Assembly: GCA_902779135.1 (NCBI GenBank)
Contig: CACZAR010000004.1
Location: 308-64,307, forward strand
Source: an uncultured Coriobacteriaceae bacterium
GTDB taxonomy: Bacteria > Actinomycetota > Coriobacteriia > Coriobacteriales > Eggerthellaceae
Length of the DNA: 64,000 nucleotides
Direction: 5' to 3'
In this document: positions 25,458 through 34,613 of the stretch, one piece after another
How positions within the stretch are numbered: the stretch's first letter is position 1
Layout of the letters: each line of letters starts with the position of its first letter
Program-made: the position numbers and the translations under genes
The notes under the pieces: generated by a model
Told to the model about the DNA's origin: nothing
The model's input: only the letters and a program-made list of their open reading frames with translations
The model's database searches: none

Positions 25458-26726
25458 ATGAAAGATGATTCTTTTGTCACCGCCCTTGAGGCCATTCCCT
25501 GGGAAGGACCCGCAATCCTCCTAGTCGACCTCGATGCCTTTTTCGCCTCCGTCGAACAGCTCGACCATCCCGCTTGGCGGGGAAAGCCCGTCATCGTTGG
25601 GGGCAGTTCGAAAAGAAGGGGGGTGGTGTCCACGTGCTCGTATGAAGCGCGTAAATTCGGCGTCCGGTCTGCCATGCCTTCGTCGACTGCCGATCGGCTT
25701 TGTCCTGATGCGATATGGACAGTTGGGCATTTCGATCGATATCGCGAAATGTCAAATGCCGTCATGAACATATTGCGTGATGAAACCCCACGGATGCAGC
25801 AAGTAAGCATAGATGAAGCCTTCCTCGACGTTACGCCAACATCGGTAAACCGTGAACACCCAGTTTCGATTGCTCGCAGAATCCAAAACCGGGTTGCGGA
25901 ACTAGGCGTATCGTGCTCGATAGGAGTTGGTACGACTAAAGCGGTAGCAAAGCTTGCATCTGACATGGACAAACCAAAAGGCCTTACCGTCGTTCTTCCA
26001 GGTAGTGAGCTGAACTTCATGGAGCAGCAACCGGTGCGTGCGTTAAGCGGCATTGGCCCATCTGCAGAAGCTAAGCTCCACGACTTTGGGATTGACACGC
26101 TTGGAGACCTAGCCCAAGCAGACGACGAACTCATTGAAAACCTACTTGGCAAAACAGGTACGGTTATGCTCGCCCGAGCTCGAGGACTCGAATTCTCGCC
26201 GATCGAGGAAGACGATTCGGTTAAATCGGTTTCTAACGAAACATCCTTTGGAGAGGATTTAGCTGACCGTGAAGACATCGAGGCCGCTATAGCAATCATG
26301 GCAGCAAAAGTTGGTCGAAGGTTGCGGAGGAAGGATCTCAAAGGCTCGACGCTCTCATTAAAAGTAAGGTTCTCTGATCTGTCGTTCAAAAGCGTGCAAA
26401 GACCCCTCAAACATCCCTGTGACGACGAGTTCATCTTCATCGAAATGCTCCATGACATGCTTGATGAAATATGGGCTGAAGGCACGCCGCTAAGACTTGT
26501 CGGCGTCGCTGTCACGGGTTTTGAAACTGAGGAGAGCTTGCAACTATCGCTTTTCGACGATGATGAGCGTCAAACAAAACTCGATGCAAAGCACCGGAAC
26601 CTTTCGAATGCGACTGACAGCATTAAAGAGCGTTTTGGCGAATCGGCGCTCAAGTTCGGAAGGGAATTGAGACTGAACGGCGTTGACACTGGGTCTTCGT
26701 CTAAGAATCCAGCTGATTACAAATGA
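25458..26726 (+). CDS. dinB: DNA polymerase IV
   Basis: ILLVDLDAFFASVEQ, SIDEAFLDV and a Y-family little-finger region. ATG at 25458 is preferred because an extended -10 lies just upstream. Confidence 0.9.
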   Translation: MKDDSFVTALEAIPWEGPAILLVDLDAFFASVEQLDHPAWRGKPVIVGGSSKRRGVVSTCSYEARKFGVRSAMPSSTADRLCPDAIWTVGHFDRYREMSNAVMNILRDETPRMQQVSIDEAFLDVTPTSVNREHPVSIARRIQNRVAELGVSCSIGVGTTKAVAKLASDMDKPKGLTVVLPGSELNFMEQQPVRALSGIGPSAEAKLHDFGIDTLGDLAQADDELIENLLGKTGTVMLARARGLEFSPIEEDDSVKSVSNETSFGEDLADREDIEAAIAIMAAKVGRRLRRKDLKGSTLSLKVRFSDLSFKSVQRPLKHPCDDEFIFIEMLHDMLDEIWAEGTPLRLVGVAVTGFETEESLQLSLFDDDERQTKLDAKHRNLSNATDSIKERFGESALKFGRELRLNGVDTGSSSKNPADYK

Positions 26727-26777
26727 GCCCCCGAGAAGCAGTCTCAGAGGCTCATCCATTAGATGTCAGGATAGCAA

Positions 26778-27650
26778 TTAGCGCTTGTCCGCCATGAAGA
26801 ACAGTGCGAGAGTCCCCGGGCCAGCATGGGCGCCGATTACTGGGTCAAGGATGTTAACGGTGAAGTTCGTGCAACCAAGCCTCTTTGTAATCTCGCTCTT
26901 AAGGAATTCAACATCGTCTTCGCAATCGCCATGCGAAATAAAGATCTCCTGGTCTGCAACGGGCTGAAGAGCTGATGCCTCCATGTGGTCAACCATGTCG
27001 ATGATTGATTTCTTCCTTCCGCGTACCTTGTCCATCGGAATCAGATGACCCTCATCGTCGACGTGAAGCACCGGTTTGATCTTGAGCAAGGAACCTGCCC
27101 ATGCGCTCGTCCTTGAAACACGGCCCCCACGGAACAAATAGATCAAGTCGTCCACAGTGAACCAATGAGCCAAGTTCAACTTATTGTCTTCAACCCATTG
27201 CCACGTTTCCTCAATAGTGGCACCTGCTTGCGCCATTTTTGCAGCCTTGTGCACGATGAGGCCTTGACCCATAGCGGCAGCTAATGTGTCGGTGTGGAAA
27301 ACCTTTCTATCGGGATACTTCTCTTTAAGAATATTCATCAGATTTGCAATAGCCTGATATGTCCCAGAGAGACCGCTCGAGAAGCCAATATAGAGAACGT
27401 CTTTTCCTGCCGCTAATAGGCTTTCGATCAACTCAAGTGATTCTTCTTGATTTGGAAGGGAAGTAGTGAACACCTTTCCATTCCGCATCATGTCAAAGAA
27501 TCGCTTCAAGTCGCTCTTTTCGCCTTTTACATAGCTTTTGAATTGCTCGCCCTCAGACATGAACGTGAGCGGGAGGATGTGCAGACCATACTCGTCGATA
27601 AGCTCGTCGGGCAGATTGCAGCTGGAATCAGTAACGATTTCGAATTGCAT
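26778..27650 (-). CDS. DegV family fatty-acid-binding protein
   Basis: MQFEIVTDSSCNLP...TSLPN..., typical of DegV. GAGGAG RBS precedes the ATG at 27650. Confidence 0.85.
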   Translation of the reverse strand: MQFEIVTDSSCNLPDELIDEYGLHILPLTFMSEGEQFKSYVKGEKSDLKRFFDMMRNGKVFTTSLPNQEESLELIESLLAAGKDVLYIGFSSGLSGTYQAIANLMNILKEKYPDRKVFHTDTLAAAMGQGLIVHKAAKMAQAGATIEETWQWVEDNKLNLAHWFTVDDLIYLFRGGRVSRTSAWAGSLLKIKPVLHVDDEGHLIPMDKVRGRKKSIIDMVDHMEASALQPVADQEIFISHGDCEDDVEFLKSEITKRLGCTNFTVNILDPVIGAHAGPGTLALFFMADKR

Positions 27651-27915
27651 AAATAACTCCTCAGTAGACGTACGCTGAATCATTGTACACATTCATTCGT
27701 GACATAGGTATTCCAATTCGGCTAAGCGCGATTATTCTTTAGTGAGAAAGGTTTATCTTGCTTAAAACTATCGCGATATTCCTGTTCACAAGGGAAGTGA
27801 CTCATTGTCATCACTCGTGATTAAAAACATCGTAAGTTTACATAACATATATTATCAGTTATCAGTTTAAAGTATTGAAATATGCTGGGGACCTTTTATA
27901 GGTCATTTTTTTGGA

Positions 27916-28500
27916 CTATCCCCACGTAGTGCTCGTAGAGCCGGATCCCGCAAGAGGCCCGTTCCCGAACAAGGCGCTGTAATCTCCCGTTTGAACAAAT
28001 TGCATGACCATCGGCATCAGTATGATCAACGACACCACATTTAAAATCAACGCAACGCAACTCATGACTATCGCCATCATGCCCGCGCGTTTGAGAGCCT
28101 TCACAACGCTTTCGTCTTGCATGTGTCCTGCAATGCCTGAAAACTTTCGGTAACTGATTATTGCCAGTATGAGCGCAACTGTGCTTGCAAAAACTCCTCC
28201 GATGATCAATGACACGAGCGCAACGATTTGCGCCGCAATGTTGTAGTTACGCGCGCTTTTGAACTCAACGGCATCAGCGTTGTCAATCGCAAACATGACG
28301 CTGCCGATTCGAACCTGATGCTTCAAATTCATGTCATTCGTTCGTGGTGCTTGATTTTGCGCTCCATTGGGCCTCCAGCTGACTGGTGGCTCAGGACTTT
28401 GCTTGCTATCTTGACTTGGCTCCTGGAACACACGGCTGTTCCGAGGATCGCGTTGGTTCTCGTCCTCGTTTTGAGTGTTTCTATTAAAATCGTCGCTCAT
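27916..28500 (-). CDS. hypothetical membrane protein with disordered N-terminus
   Basis: 194 aa. The N-terminal ~60 aa are polar and low-complexity, followed by TM segments. No family recognised. Confidence 0.5.
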   Translation of the reverse strand: MSDDFNRNTQNEDENQRDPRNSRVFQEPSQDSKQSPEPPVSWRPNGAQNQAPRTNDMNLKHQVRIGSVMFAIDNADAVEFKSARNYNIAAQIVALVSLIIGGVFASTVALILAIISYRKFSGIAGHMQDESVVKALKRAGMMAIVMSCVALILNVVSLIILMPMVMQFVQTGDYSALFGNGPLAGSGSTSTTWG

Positions 28501-28661
28501 GTACGCTCTTTCTTATAAGCCTCTGACCTGCGTATTTACAATCACAGGCTTTCAGATGCGATTTAAGGCCCCGTTTTTTAGAAATCGACCAAGATATCGA
28601 AAAACAGGGCCAAAATATGCTTCTCATGCAAACTGTTAGCACAAGACCATTTTGAAGCCGT

Positions 28662-29108
28662 CTATAATCCCATTCCGCTGCTGCCAAAGCCTCCAGAACC
28701 ACGCTCAGTCGATGAAAGCTCGTCAACTTCCTCAAGAGTGATCGTTGGTGTTTCGAGGATGACGATTTGCGCAATCCGATCGCCGTGCTCGATGACGAAA
28801 TCGTTTTCCGGATCAAGGTTAACAAGAATTGCTTTTATCTCGCCACGATAATCGCTATCGATAAGTCCCGGCGAATTGACTATTGAAATACCATGCTTAA
28901 CCGCCAAACCGCTTCTCGGCATGACGAAGCCCGCGTAACCACGCGGTATGGCCATTTTGATGCCGCAAGATACGAGCTTTCGCTCAAACGGTTTCAGAAC
29001 AGCAGCTTCTGCCGCACGCAAATCAAGACCAGCATCGCCAGGATACGCATACGCTGGCATGTCGAGCGTTTTATCGATTCGCTGTATCGGAACCGCGATT
29101 GCAGCCAT
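28662..29108 (-). CDS. dut: dUTP diphosphatase
   Basis: AYPGDAGLDL, PRSGLA.KHGI and GLIDSDYRGEI motifs. Confidence 0.92.
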   Translation of the reverse strand: MAAIAVPIQRIDKTLDMPAYAYPGDAGLDLRAAEAAVLKPFERKLVSCGIKMAIPRGYAGFVMPRSGLAVKHGISIVNSPGLIDSDYRGEIKAILVNLDPENDFVIEHGDRIAQIVILETPTITLEEVDELSSTERGSGGFGSSGMGL

Positions 29109-29555
29109 CTATCTCAAATCCTCCAATGCAGATGCGAATTCCTCAATGTTCTGGAAGTCTTTGTACACGCTGGCAAACCGTACGTACGCAACATCATCAA
29201 GCTTCTCAAGTCTTTCGAGCACTTTGTTTCCAAGGGCTTTTGAAGTCGTCTCATTCTTCGGTGACTGCCTGAGCTCTGCTTCAATACCATCGATCAAATT
29301 GTTAATCTGATCAGGTGTTATTGGGCGTTTAGCACATGCAACGGTTACACCACGCAAAAGCTTGGCGCGATCGTATGTCTCAGACGAACCATCCGATTTG
29401 ATGACGAGCAACGGGCTGTCGCCAAGACGCTCGTACGTCGTGAATCGATGACGGCAACTCAGGCACTCGCGCCTCCGCCTGATTGTCGAATAATCATCCG
29501 AAGGCCTCGAGTCAACTACCTTGGATTCAGGATGACCGCATGATGGGCAGCGCAT
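29109..29555 (-). CDS. nrdR: transcriptional repressor NrdR
   Basis: MRCPSCGHPESKVVDSRPS..IRRRRECLSCRHRFTTYE zinc ribbon plus ATP-cone. AAGGAG RBS is present. Confidence 0.92.
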   Translation of the reverse strand: MRCPSCGHPESKVVDSRPSDDYSTIRRRRECLSCRHRFTTYERLGDSPLLVIKSDGSSETYDRAKLLRGVTVACAKRPITPDQINNLIDGIEAELRQSPKNETTSKALGNKVLERLEKLDDVAYVRFASVYKDFQNIEEFASALEDLR

Positions 29556-29686
29556 AATTCTCCTTCGTTTGGGGTGCATATGCGCATAGGATACCACTTA
29601 CAGGCGTTTGAAAAGACCTAAGACACAAGATATTGTTGTTAATTTTTTGCCATCTCGATAAACGTAACGCCAACCACATTCTCTAG

Positions 29687-30022
29687 CTATGCCCCAAAGG
29701 CTATAGAGATGATCGCAATGATTGCGCAGGCCGTTGAAATCGACACAATGTTGCCTGACGTGAGACGGCCGTATGAAACGCCTTTCACATCTTCGGTTAG
29801 CAAGCTGCATGCCATCTCGCTGCGCTCAAGCACATCTTGCAGAATTGATTTTGCGTGAGGAGCTGACCCGGATTTAACTTGGTTTCGCTGCGGGCGCATA
29901 TGGCTATGCTGAGAGGAACCCCTGAATGCAACGAACGTGCTGTCATCGAGCGATTGAGAATACCGCTTCGGCTTCAGAGCTGCTGTGCCGTCTACGTAAA
30001 ATTTCGTCATGCTCTTGCCCAT
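29687..30022 (-). CDS. small tail-anchored membrane protein, divergent from lexA (candidate SOS-induced division inhibitor)
   Basis: 111 aa from the ATG at 30022 (AGGAG RBS 8 nt upstream). A single C-terminal TM segment (IVSISTACAIIAIISIAFGA). The promoter is embedded in LexA boxes. Confidence 0.5.
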   Translation of the reverse strand: MGKSMTKFYVDGTAALKPKRYSQSLDDSTFVAFRGSSQHSHMRPQRNQVKSGSAPHAKSILQDVLERSEMACSLLTEDVKGVSYGRLTSGNIVSISTACAIIAIISIAFGA

Positions 30023-30046
30023 TTTCTTTGCTCCTGCTCTTGCATA

Positions 30047-30115
30047 GAACCTTTGTTCGTGTGTATAATAAGACGAACAAAGGTTCTTGTCAATATGAAA
30101 ATAAAACATTTGTTC
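30047..30115. promoter_or_regulatory. three LexA (Cheo-type) boxes within mirrored divergent promoters
   Basis: GAACCTTTGTTC at 30047..30058, GAACAAAGGTTC at 30075..30086 and AAACATTTGTTC at 30104..30115. Plus-strand promoter is TTGCAT-18-TATAAT (30040..30069). Minus-strand promoter is TTGACA-17-TATTAT (30093..30065). Confidence 0.75.
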
Positions 30116-30132
30116 TAGAAAGGCTGGTTATA

Positions 30133-30774
30133 ATGGGTGAGAAACTCACGAAACGCCAGAAAGCCGTTATGGAGAGCATCGAACGGTGCATTCAAAAGAA
30201 GGGATATGGACCTACAGTTCGCGAGATTTGCGAAGATCTTGGGCTCTCCTCCCCTTCTACTGTTCACGTCCATCTCAAGACGCTCGAACAAAAGGGCTAT
30301 ATCGTCAGAGACCCTCTCAAGTCGCGCTCCATCTCACTTCCTCCAGACCATGCGCTCAACCAAGCCAATGTTCCTGAGGTTGTAAGGCCAAGTTTCAGCA
30401 AGATCGTCGACGTTCCACTTGTTGGCAACGTTGCAGCAGGCGAGCCGATTCTTGCTGAGGAAAACATCACTGACACCATCTCGCTTCCCACAGACATCGT
30501 GGGCGATGCTCCTTCGTTCATGTTGTCCGTCAGGGGTGATTCGATGATCGAAGCCGGCATCAACGACGGTGATTACGTTGTCGTCAAGGAGCAGCCCGTT
30601 GCTAACAACGGCGATATTGTTGTCGCCATCATCGAAGATGGCGCTACGGTCAAGCGCTTCTATAAAGAGAAGGGCCATATCCGCTTGCAGCCCGAGAATT
30701 CTTCGATGGATCCCATCATTACGAGGGATTGCTCGATCGCTGGAAAAGTTGTTGCGGTTTTCAGGCGAATCTAG
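30133..30774 (+). CDS. lexA: LexA repressor
   Basis: MGEKLTKRQKAVMESI...GYGPTVREI wHTH domain. VAAGEP cleavage region. S24 peptidase motifs GDSM and VVKEQ..NGDIVVA. Confidence 0.92.
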   Translation: MGEKLTKRQKAVMESIERCIQKKGYGPTVREICEDLGLSSPSTVHVHLKTLEQKGYIVRDPLKSRSISLPPDHALNQANVPEVVRPSFSKIVDVPLVGNVAAGEPILAEENITDTISLPTDIVGDAPSFMLSVRGDSMIEAGINDGDYVVVKEQPVANNGDIVVAIIEDGATVKRFYKEKGHIRLQPENSSMDPIITRDCSIAGKVVAVFRRI

Positions 30775-32048
30775 AAGCGGCTTTCATCGAACATATGCAC
30801 ACAATCGGGCGGGGCGTACATCGCAAGATGTGTCCCGCCTTCTTCATGTTCCTCGAGCACGATATGGCACCGCTTATGCGCAAGCGCGACCAAATCTCCC
30901 CTGCTGTACGGTACGACAACGTCGATATAGTCATCACGCGATGCCGCAACCTTCGCAATCCGCTCTATGAGCTCGTCGATTCCTTCGCCTGTCTCAGCCG
31001 AAACGATAACCGCATTTGGATGCGTTCTCTCGAGCCTTGCAAGCGCAATATCTGATTCGATGAGGTCCTTCTTGTTCAGCACTTCGATGCGTTCAATTCT
31101 TTCCGCATTGATTTGCCCAAGGATCTCCTCGACAGTATCTATCTGATAGCCAAGCTCTTCAGACGAACCATCGACAACATGCAAAATCAAATCAGCGCCG
31201 TTGATCTCATCGAGCGTAGACTTGAACGATTCGACGAGCGAAGTGGGAAGTTTTCTGATGAAGCCAACCGTATCCGTAATGGTGACCTCACGCCCCTCCG
31301 GCAATTTCAACTTTCTCGTAGTCGAATCAAGTGTGGCGAACAGCTTGTCATAGGCGAGTACGTCTGCATTTGTAAGCCTGTTTATCAGGCTCGATTTGCC
31401 AGCATTTGTGTAACCGGCCAAGGCGATCTTAAACGTACCGCTCTTGTAACGGCTTTCACGTTGCAGGCCTCGCACTTTCTCTATTTGGGCAAGTTCGCGT
31501 TTGATGGACGTGATGCGCTTTCGCACCATGCGACGGTCAACCTCAAGCTGGCTCTCGCCTTCGCCAAAACGCGATCCGACTCCGCCGCCCATGCGGTTCG
31601 AAGCCAGATGAGCCCACATACCGCGCAAACGCGGATAGAGATATTCGTTTTGAGCCAGACGAACTTGGAGCCTGCCTTCTCGTGTTGTAGCATGCAATGC
31701 AAAGATGTCGAGAATGAGCGCAGTCCGATCAATGACCTTAACATCTCGGTCAACCGTACGCTCGAGGTTTGATTGTTGCGATGGTGTGAGCTCGTCGTCG
31801 AATACAACGAGGTCAGCGGCATGCGCACGGCACAGTTCAGCAATCTCCTCTGCTTTTCCGCTCCCGACGAACGTACGAGGATTAGGTGCGTTGAGCCGCT
31901 GGGTCGTTGTCGCAACGACATCAGCGCCGGCCGTGTCGACAAGCCTTGCAAGCTCCTCAAGCGAAGAATCGACCGGCCAGGGAGAACCCGGTCGGTCGAT
32001 TCCTACGAGAATTGCTCGTTCGCGTGTTTCGTCGAAGTTTGTCATCAC
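30771..32048 (-). CDS. hflX: GTPase HflX
   Basis: HflX N-terminal domain plus G-domain (ALAGYTNAGKSSL, DTVGF, NKKD). Confidence 0.92.
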   Translation of the reverse strand: MMTNFDETRERAILVGIDRPGSPWPVDSSLEELARLVDTAGADVVATTTQRLNAPNPRTFVGSGKAEEIAELCRAHAADLVVFDDELTPSQQSNLERTVDRDVKVIDRTALILDIFALHATTREGRLQVRLAQNEYLYPRLRGMWAHLASNRMGGGVGSRFGEGESQLEVDRRMVRKRITSIKRELAQIEKVRGLQRESRYKSGTFKIALAGYTNAGKSSLINRLTNADVLAYDKLFATLDSTTRKLKLPEGREVTITDTVGFIRKLPTSLVESFKSTLDEINGADLILHVVDGSSEELGYQIDTVEEILGQINAERIERIEVLNKKDLIESDIALARLERTHPNAVIVSAETGEGIDELIERIAKVAASRDDYIDVVVPYSRGDLVALAHKRCHIVLEEHEEGGTHLAMYAPPDCVHMFDESRF

Positions 32049-32050
32049 AC

Positions 32051-32596
32051 CTAGCGGCTCAACAACGCCTTTCTAACTCGCTCTGCTTTGTCAGCATCCA
32101 TGATAGCCAACTTTGCCTCGAGTTCACCGTCAATTGCCACAGGCTCTTTCACGTCAGCATCTGAAACAGGCTTTGCAGGCTCGGGTGCCTTTTCTGCATT
32201 TGCAACAGGCTCATTGTTTTGAGCAGCTTTCGCTGGTTTCTGATCGTCCTTCTTCTGATCGGGAACGGGAACACTGTTCGTGCTCTTCGAAACGGAGGCT
32301 GCCCAGTAATTCGGATCCATTGCGAGACATTTCTTCGGGCATACCTGCGTGCAGTAACCGCACTGGATGCACTGGAACGGGATGATGTTCCAGGTGCGAT
32401 TATCCTTGTTAACGGTAATGCAGTCAGTTGGACAGCTCTTCTCGCACATGCCGCACAAGATGCAGTTGTCGGCATCGAGCACGATATGGCCCTTCAGACC
32501 CTGGGGCTGAGGCTTCGTCTCGAACGGGTACTTCACGGTCTCGGGCTTCTTGAACAGGGACCCGAACGTCATCTTTCCTAATTTGAACACGCCCAT
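32051..32596 (-). CDS. echF: Ech-type hydrogenase 2x[4Fe-4S] subunit (NuoI/EchF-like) with C-terminal extension
   Basis: CILCGMCEKSCP and CIQCGYCTQVCP ferredoxin motifs, followed by a tail of about 80 aa rich in Pro/Ala/Lys that ends in ELEAKLAIMDADKAERVRKAL. Confidence 0.8.
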   Translation of the reverse strand: MGVFKLGKMTFGSLFKKPETVKYPFETKPQPQGLKGHIVLDADNCILCGMCEKSCPTDCITVNKDNRTWNIIPFQCIQCGYCTQVCPKKCLAMDPNYWAASVSKSTNSVPVPDQKKDDQKPAKAAQNNEPVANAEKAPEPAKPVSDADVKEPVAIDGELEAKLAIMDADKAERVRKALLSR

Positions 32597-32600
32597 GGTC

Positions 32601-33689
32601 CTACCTTTCCGTGCAGCTGATGCAGGGGTCGATCGTCAGCACTATCATGTTCACGTCGGCGATGTCGCAACCCTTGAGCGCGACGGCCATGCCGGCGAGG
32701 TTCTGCGAAGTGGGGGTGCGCATGCGCATGCGCTCGAGGTTCTTCGTGCCATTGCCCTTGGCGAAGTAGTAGCACTCGCCGCGCGGCTGCTCGAGAGAGT
32801 TGCACGCCTCGGCGCCATCGGCCGGCGCGCCCTTGACGGGCACCGCGATGTCGCCGTCGGGAATCTTTGCTGCAAGCTCCTCGATGATCTCGATGGACTG
32901 GACCACCTCGGCCGCACGGACCTCCATGCGCGCGTAGCAGTCGCAGTTCTCGGATGTGATCAACTTGAAGTCGGACAGGTCTCCGTAGGCACCGTTGCCG
33001 AGCATGCGCACGTCGTAGTTGACATTGGAGGCGCGGGCGAACGGCCCGACCATTGACAGGCCGAGCGCATCCTCGGTGGGAATAACGCCGACGCCTGCAG
33101 TGCGGTTGTAGACCGACGGGTCCTTGAGGAACGCGTTGCAGATCTGGTTGTACTCGTCCTTGATGCCCTCGAGCACACGCACGAACTCGTCGAGCGTCCC
33201 GCGGTCGATGTCGCGGTTGACGCCACCGACCTTCACGACGGAGAAGATGACGCGACCGCCCGTGGTCTTCTCGAACAGGTCGAGCACGCGCTCGCGCAAA
33301 CGCCAGCAATGCATGAACAGCGCCTCATGCCCAAATGCGTCGGCTGCAAGGCCGAGCCAAAGAATATGAGAATGTATCCTCGAGAGCTCATGCCATATGA
33401 CGCGCAGATACTCTGCACGCTTTGGGATTTCAACGCCCATGAGCTTCTCGATCGTCTCCGCATAGCCCATGGAATGTCCGAATGCGCAAATGCCGCAAAT
33501 GCGTTCTGCAACGTAGATGAACTGGTTGTAGTCCTTCGTGCGAACGAGGCGCTCGAGACCACGGTGAATGAAGCCGATCTGGGGAACGGCTTCGAGAACC
33601 ACTTCATCTTCGACGACAAGGTCAAGATGTATAGGCTCCGGCAATACCGGGTGCTGGGGACCGAAGGGGATGATCGTTTTCTGTCCCAT
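32601..33689 (-). CDS. echE: group 4 [NiFe] hydrogenase large subunit (NuoD/EchE-like)
   Basis: N-terminal RICGICAFGH and C-terminal DPCISCTER Ni-Fe ligand motifs. 362 aa. Confidence 0.9.
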   Translation of the reverse strand: MGQKTIIPFGPQHPVLPEPIHLDLVVEDEVVLEAVPQIGFIHRGLERLVRTKDYNQFIYVAERICGICAFGHSMGYAETIEKLMGVEIPKRAEYLRVIWHELSRIHSHILWLGLAADAFGHEALFMHCWRLRERVLDLFEKTTGGRVIFSVVKVGGVNRDIDRGTLDEFVRVLEGIKDEYNQICNAFLKDPSVYNRTAGVGVIPTEDALGLSMVGPFARASNVNYDVRMLGNGAYGDLSDFKLITSENCDCYARMEVRAAEVVQSIEIIEELAAKIPDGDIAVPVKGAPADGAEACNSLEQPRGECYYFAKGNGTKNLERMRMRTPTSQNLAGMAVALKGCDIADVNMIVLTIDPCISCTER

Positions 33690-33691
33690 CG

Positions 33692-34612
33692 TTACTCCCC
33701 TCCCTTCATCGATGCGTGTCGCGAGAGAGCCTCCCGCACCTTAGCGGCCTTGTCGGCATCCATAATCGAAAGCTTCGCTTCAAGGTCGGCGTCATTCGAG
33801 TGCGCCACCTCTGCTTGAGCGGTTTCAGGAGCAGCGGCTGTCGGTGCACCGCGATGTTCGAGAGCGGCACGCACCTTTGCTGCTTTTTCGCTGTCCATCA
33901 TCTTGAGTTTCGCTTCAAGGTCGGCGTCCTTTTCTTGCGAAGTTTCAACAACAGGAGCATTGACAGGTTTTGCGGCTGCAGGCGTCGGCTTCTCTGCCGG
34001 GGCAGTTGATTCAGTTGCGGCAGGAGCGCTTGCAGCTGCCTCTTTCGCGGCGAGGCAAGCACGAGCCTTCTCGATTTGTTCGGGCGTGCGTCCTTCCAGT
34101 TTCGCCTCGAAGCGAGCACGTTTCTCAGGTGTCATAACGAACTTCTTGCCTGCTGACGGAGCTGAAGCAGTCGTTGCATCTGCGCTATCGGCGCCACCGC
34201 TTTCCTTGGCTGCTTTCGCCGCCGCAGCTTTTCGCGCCTTGTCGATGGCCGCCTTCTGCTCGGGTGTGATAACGCGCATCGGCTCGTTTTCCGCCGGGGC
34301 GTAGAGCGCTCCTTGGAAGTCGATTGCTATGTCGCGCATGTCCACGCCGAACAGCTCCCGTGCCTCGTTCTCGAACACGAAAGCAGCAAGGAAGATGTCG
34401 GTGATGGACGGTACAGCGTCTTCCTTGGTGACGCCTTCGATACGCCAGTTGGTGATCTTCCCATCCTTCATGAACGAGTAGTACAGATCGACATCAGGCT
34501 CGTTGTAGACTGCATGAGTCTGGATGAAGCGGTAGCCCTCGTCCTTCATGCGATGGGCGGTAGCACGCAGCTCGCCCAGCGGCAGCGTTATGAATTCTTG
34601 TGCGATTGCCAT
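33692..34612 (-). CDS. echD: NuoC/EchD-like hydrogenase subunit with a C-terminal repeat extension of about 185 aa
   Basis: Start at ATG 34612, directly after the echC stop. The N-terminal ~120 aa are NuoC-like (FENEARELFG). The rest is Ala/Lys/Pro-rich and carries repeated DADLEAKLxxMDxxKAAKVRxAL. Confidence 0.75.
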   Translation of the reverse strand: MAIAQEFITLPLGELRATAHRMKDEGYRFIQTHAVYNEPDVDLYYSFMKDGKITNWRIEGVTKEDAVPSITDIFLAAFVFENEARELFGVDMRDIAIDFQGALYAPAENEPMRVITPEQKAAIDKARKAAAAKAAKESGGADSADATTASAPSAGKKFVMTPEKRARFEAKLEGRTPEQIEKARACLAAKEAAASAPAATESTAPAEKPTPAAAKPVNAPVVETSQEKDADLEAKLKMMDSEKAAKVRAALEHRGAPTAAAPETAQAEVAHSNDADLEAKLSIMDADKAAKVREALSRHASMKGGE

Positions 34613-34613
34613 G

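Noticed and set aside
27876-27912. Hairpin GACCT-tttat-AGGTC plus T7 on the plus strand, considered as the terminator of an unannotated plus-strand sRNA between degV and the hypothetical membrane gene.
   Set aside because: The stem is only 5 bp and no upstream plus-strand promoter or transcript is evident. It is more likely fortuitous in an AT-rich intergenic region, or a weak bidirectional terminator.
30129-30134. A second TATAAT (TGGTTATAATG) overlapping the lexA start codon, considered as a promoter.
   Set aside because: The hexamer overlaps the ATG itself, so it cannot serve lexA. No downstream start fits. The upstream TTGCAT-18-TATAAT promoter with flanking LexA boxes explains expression.
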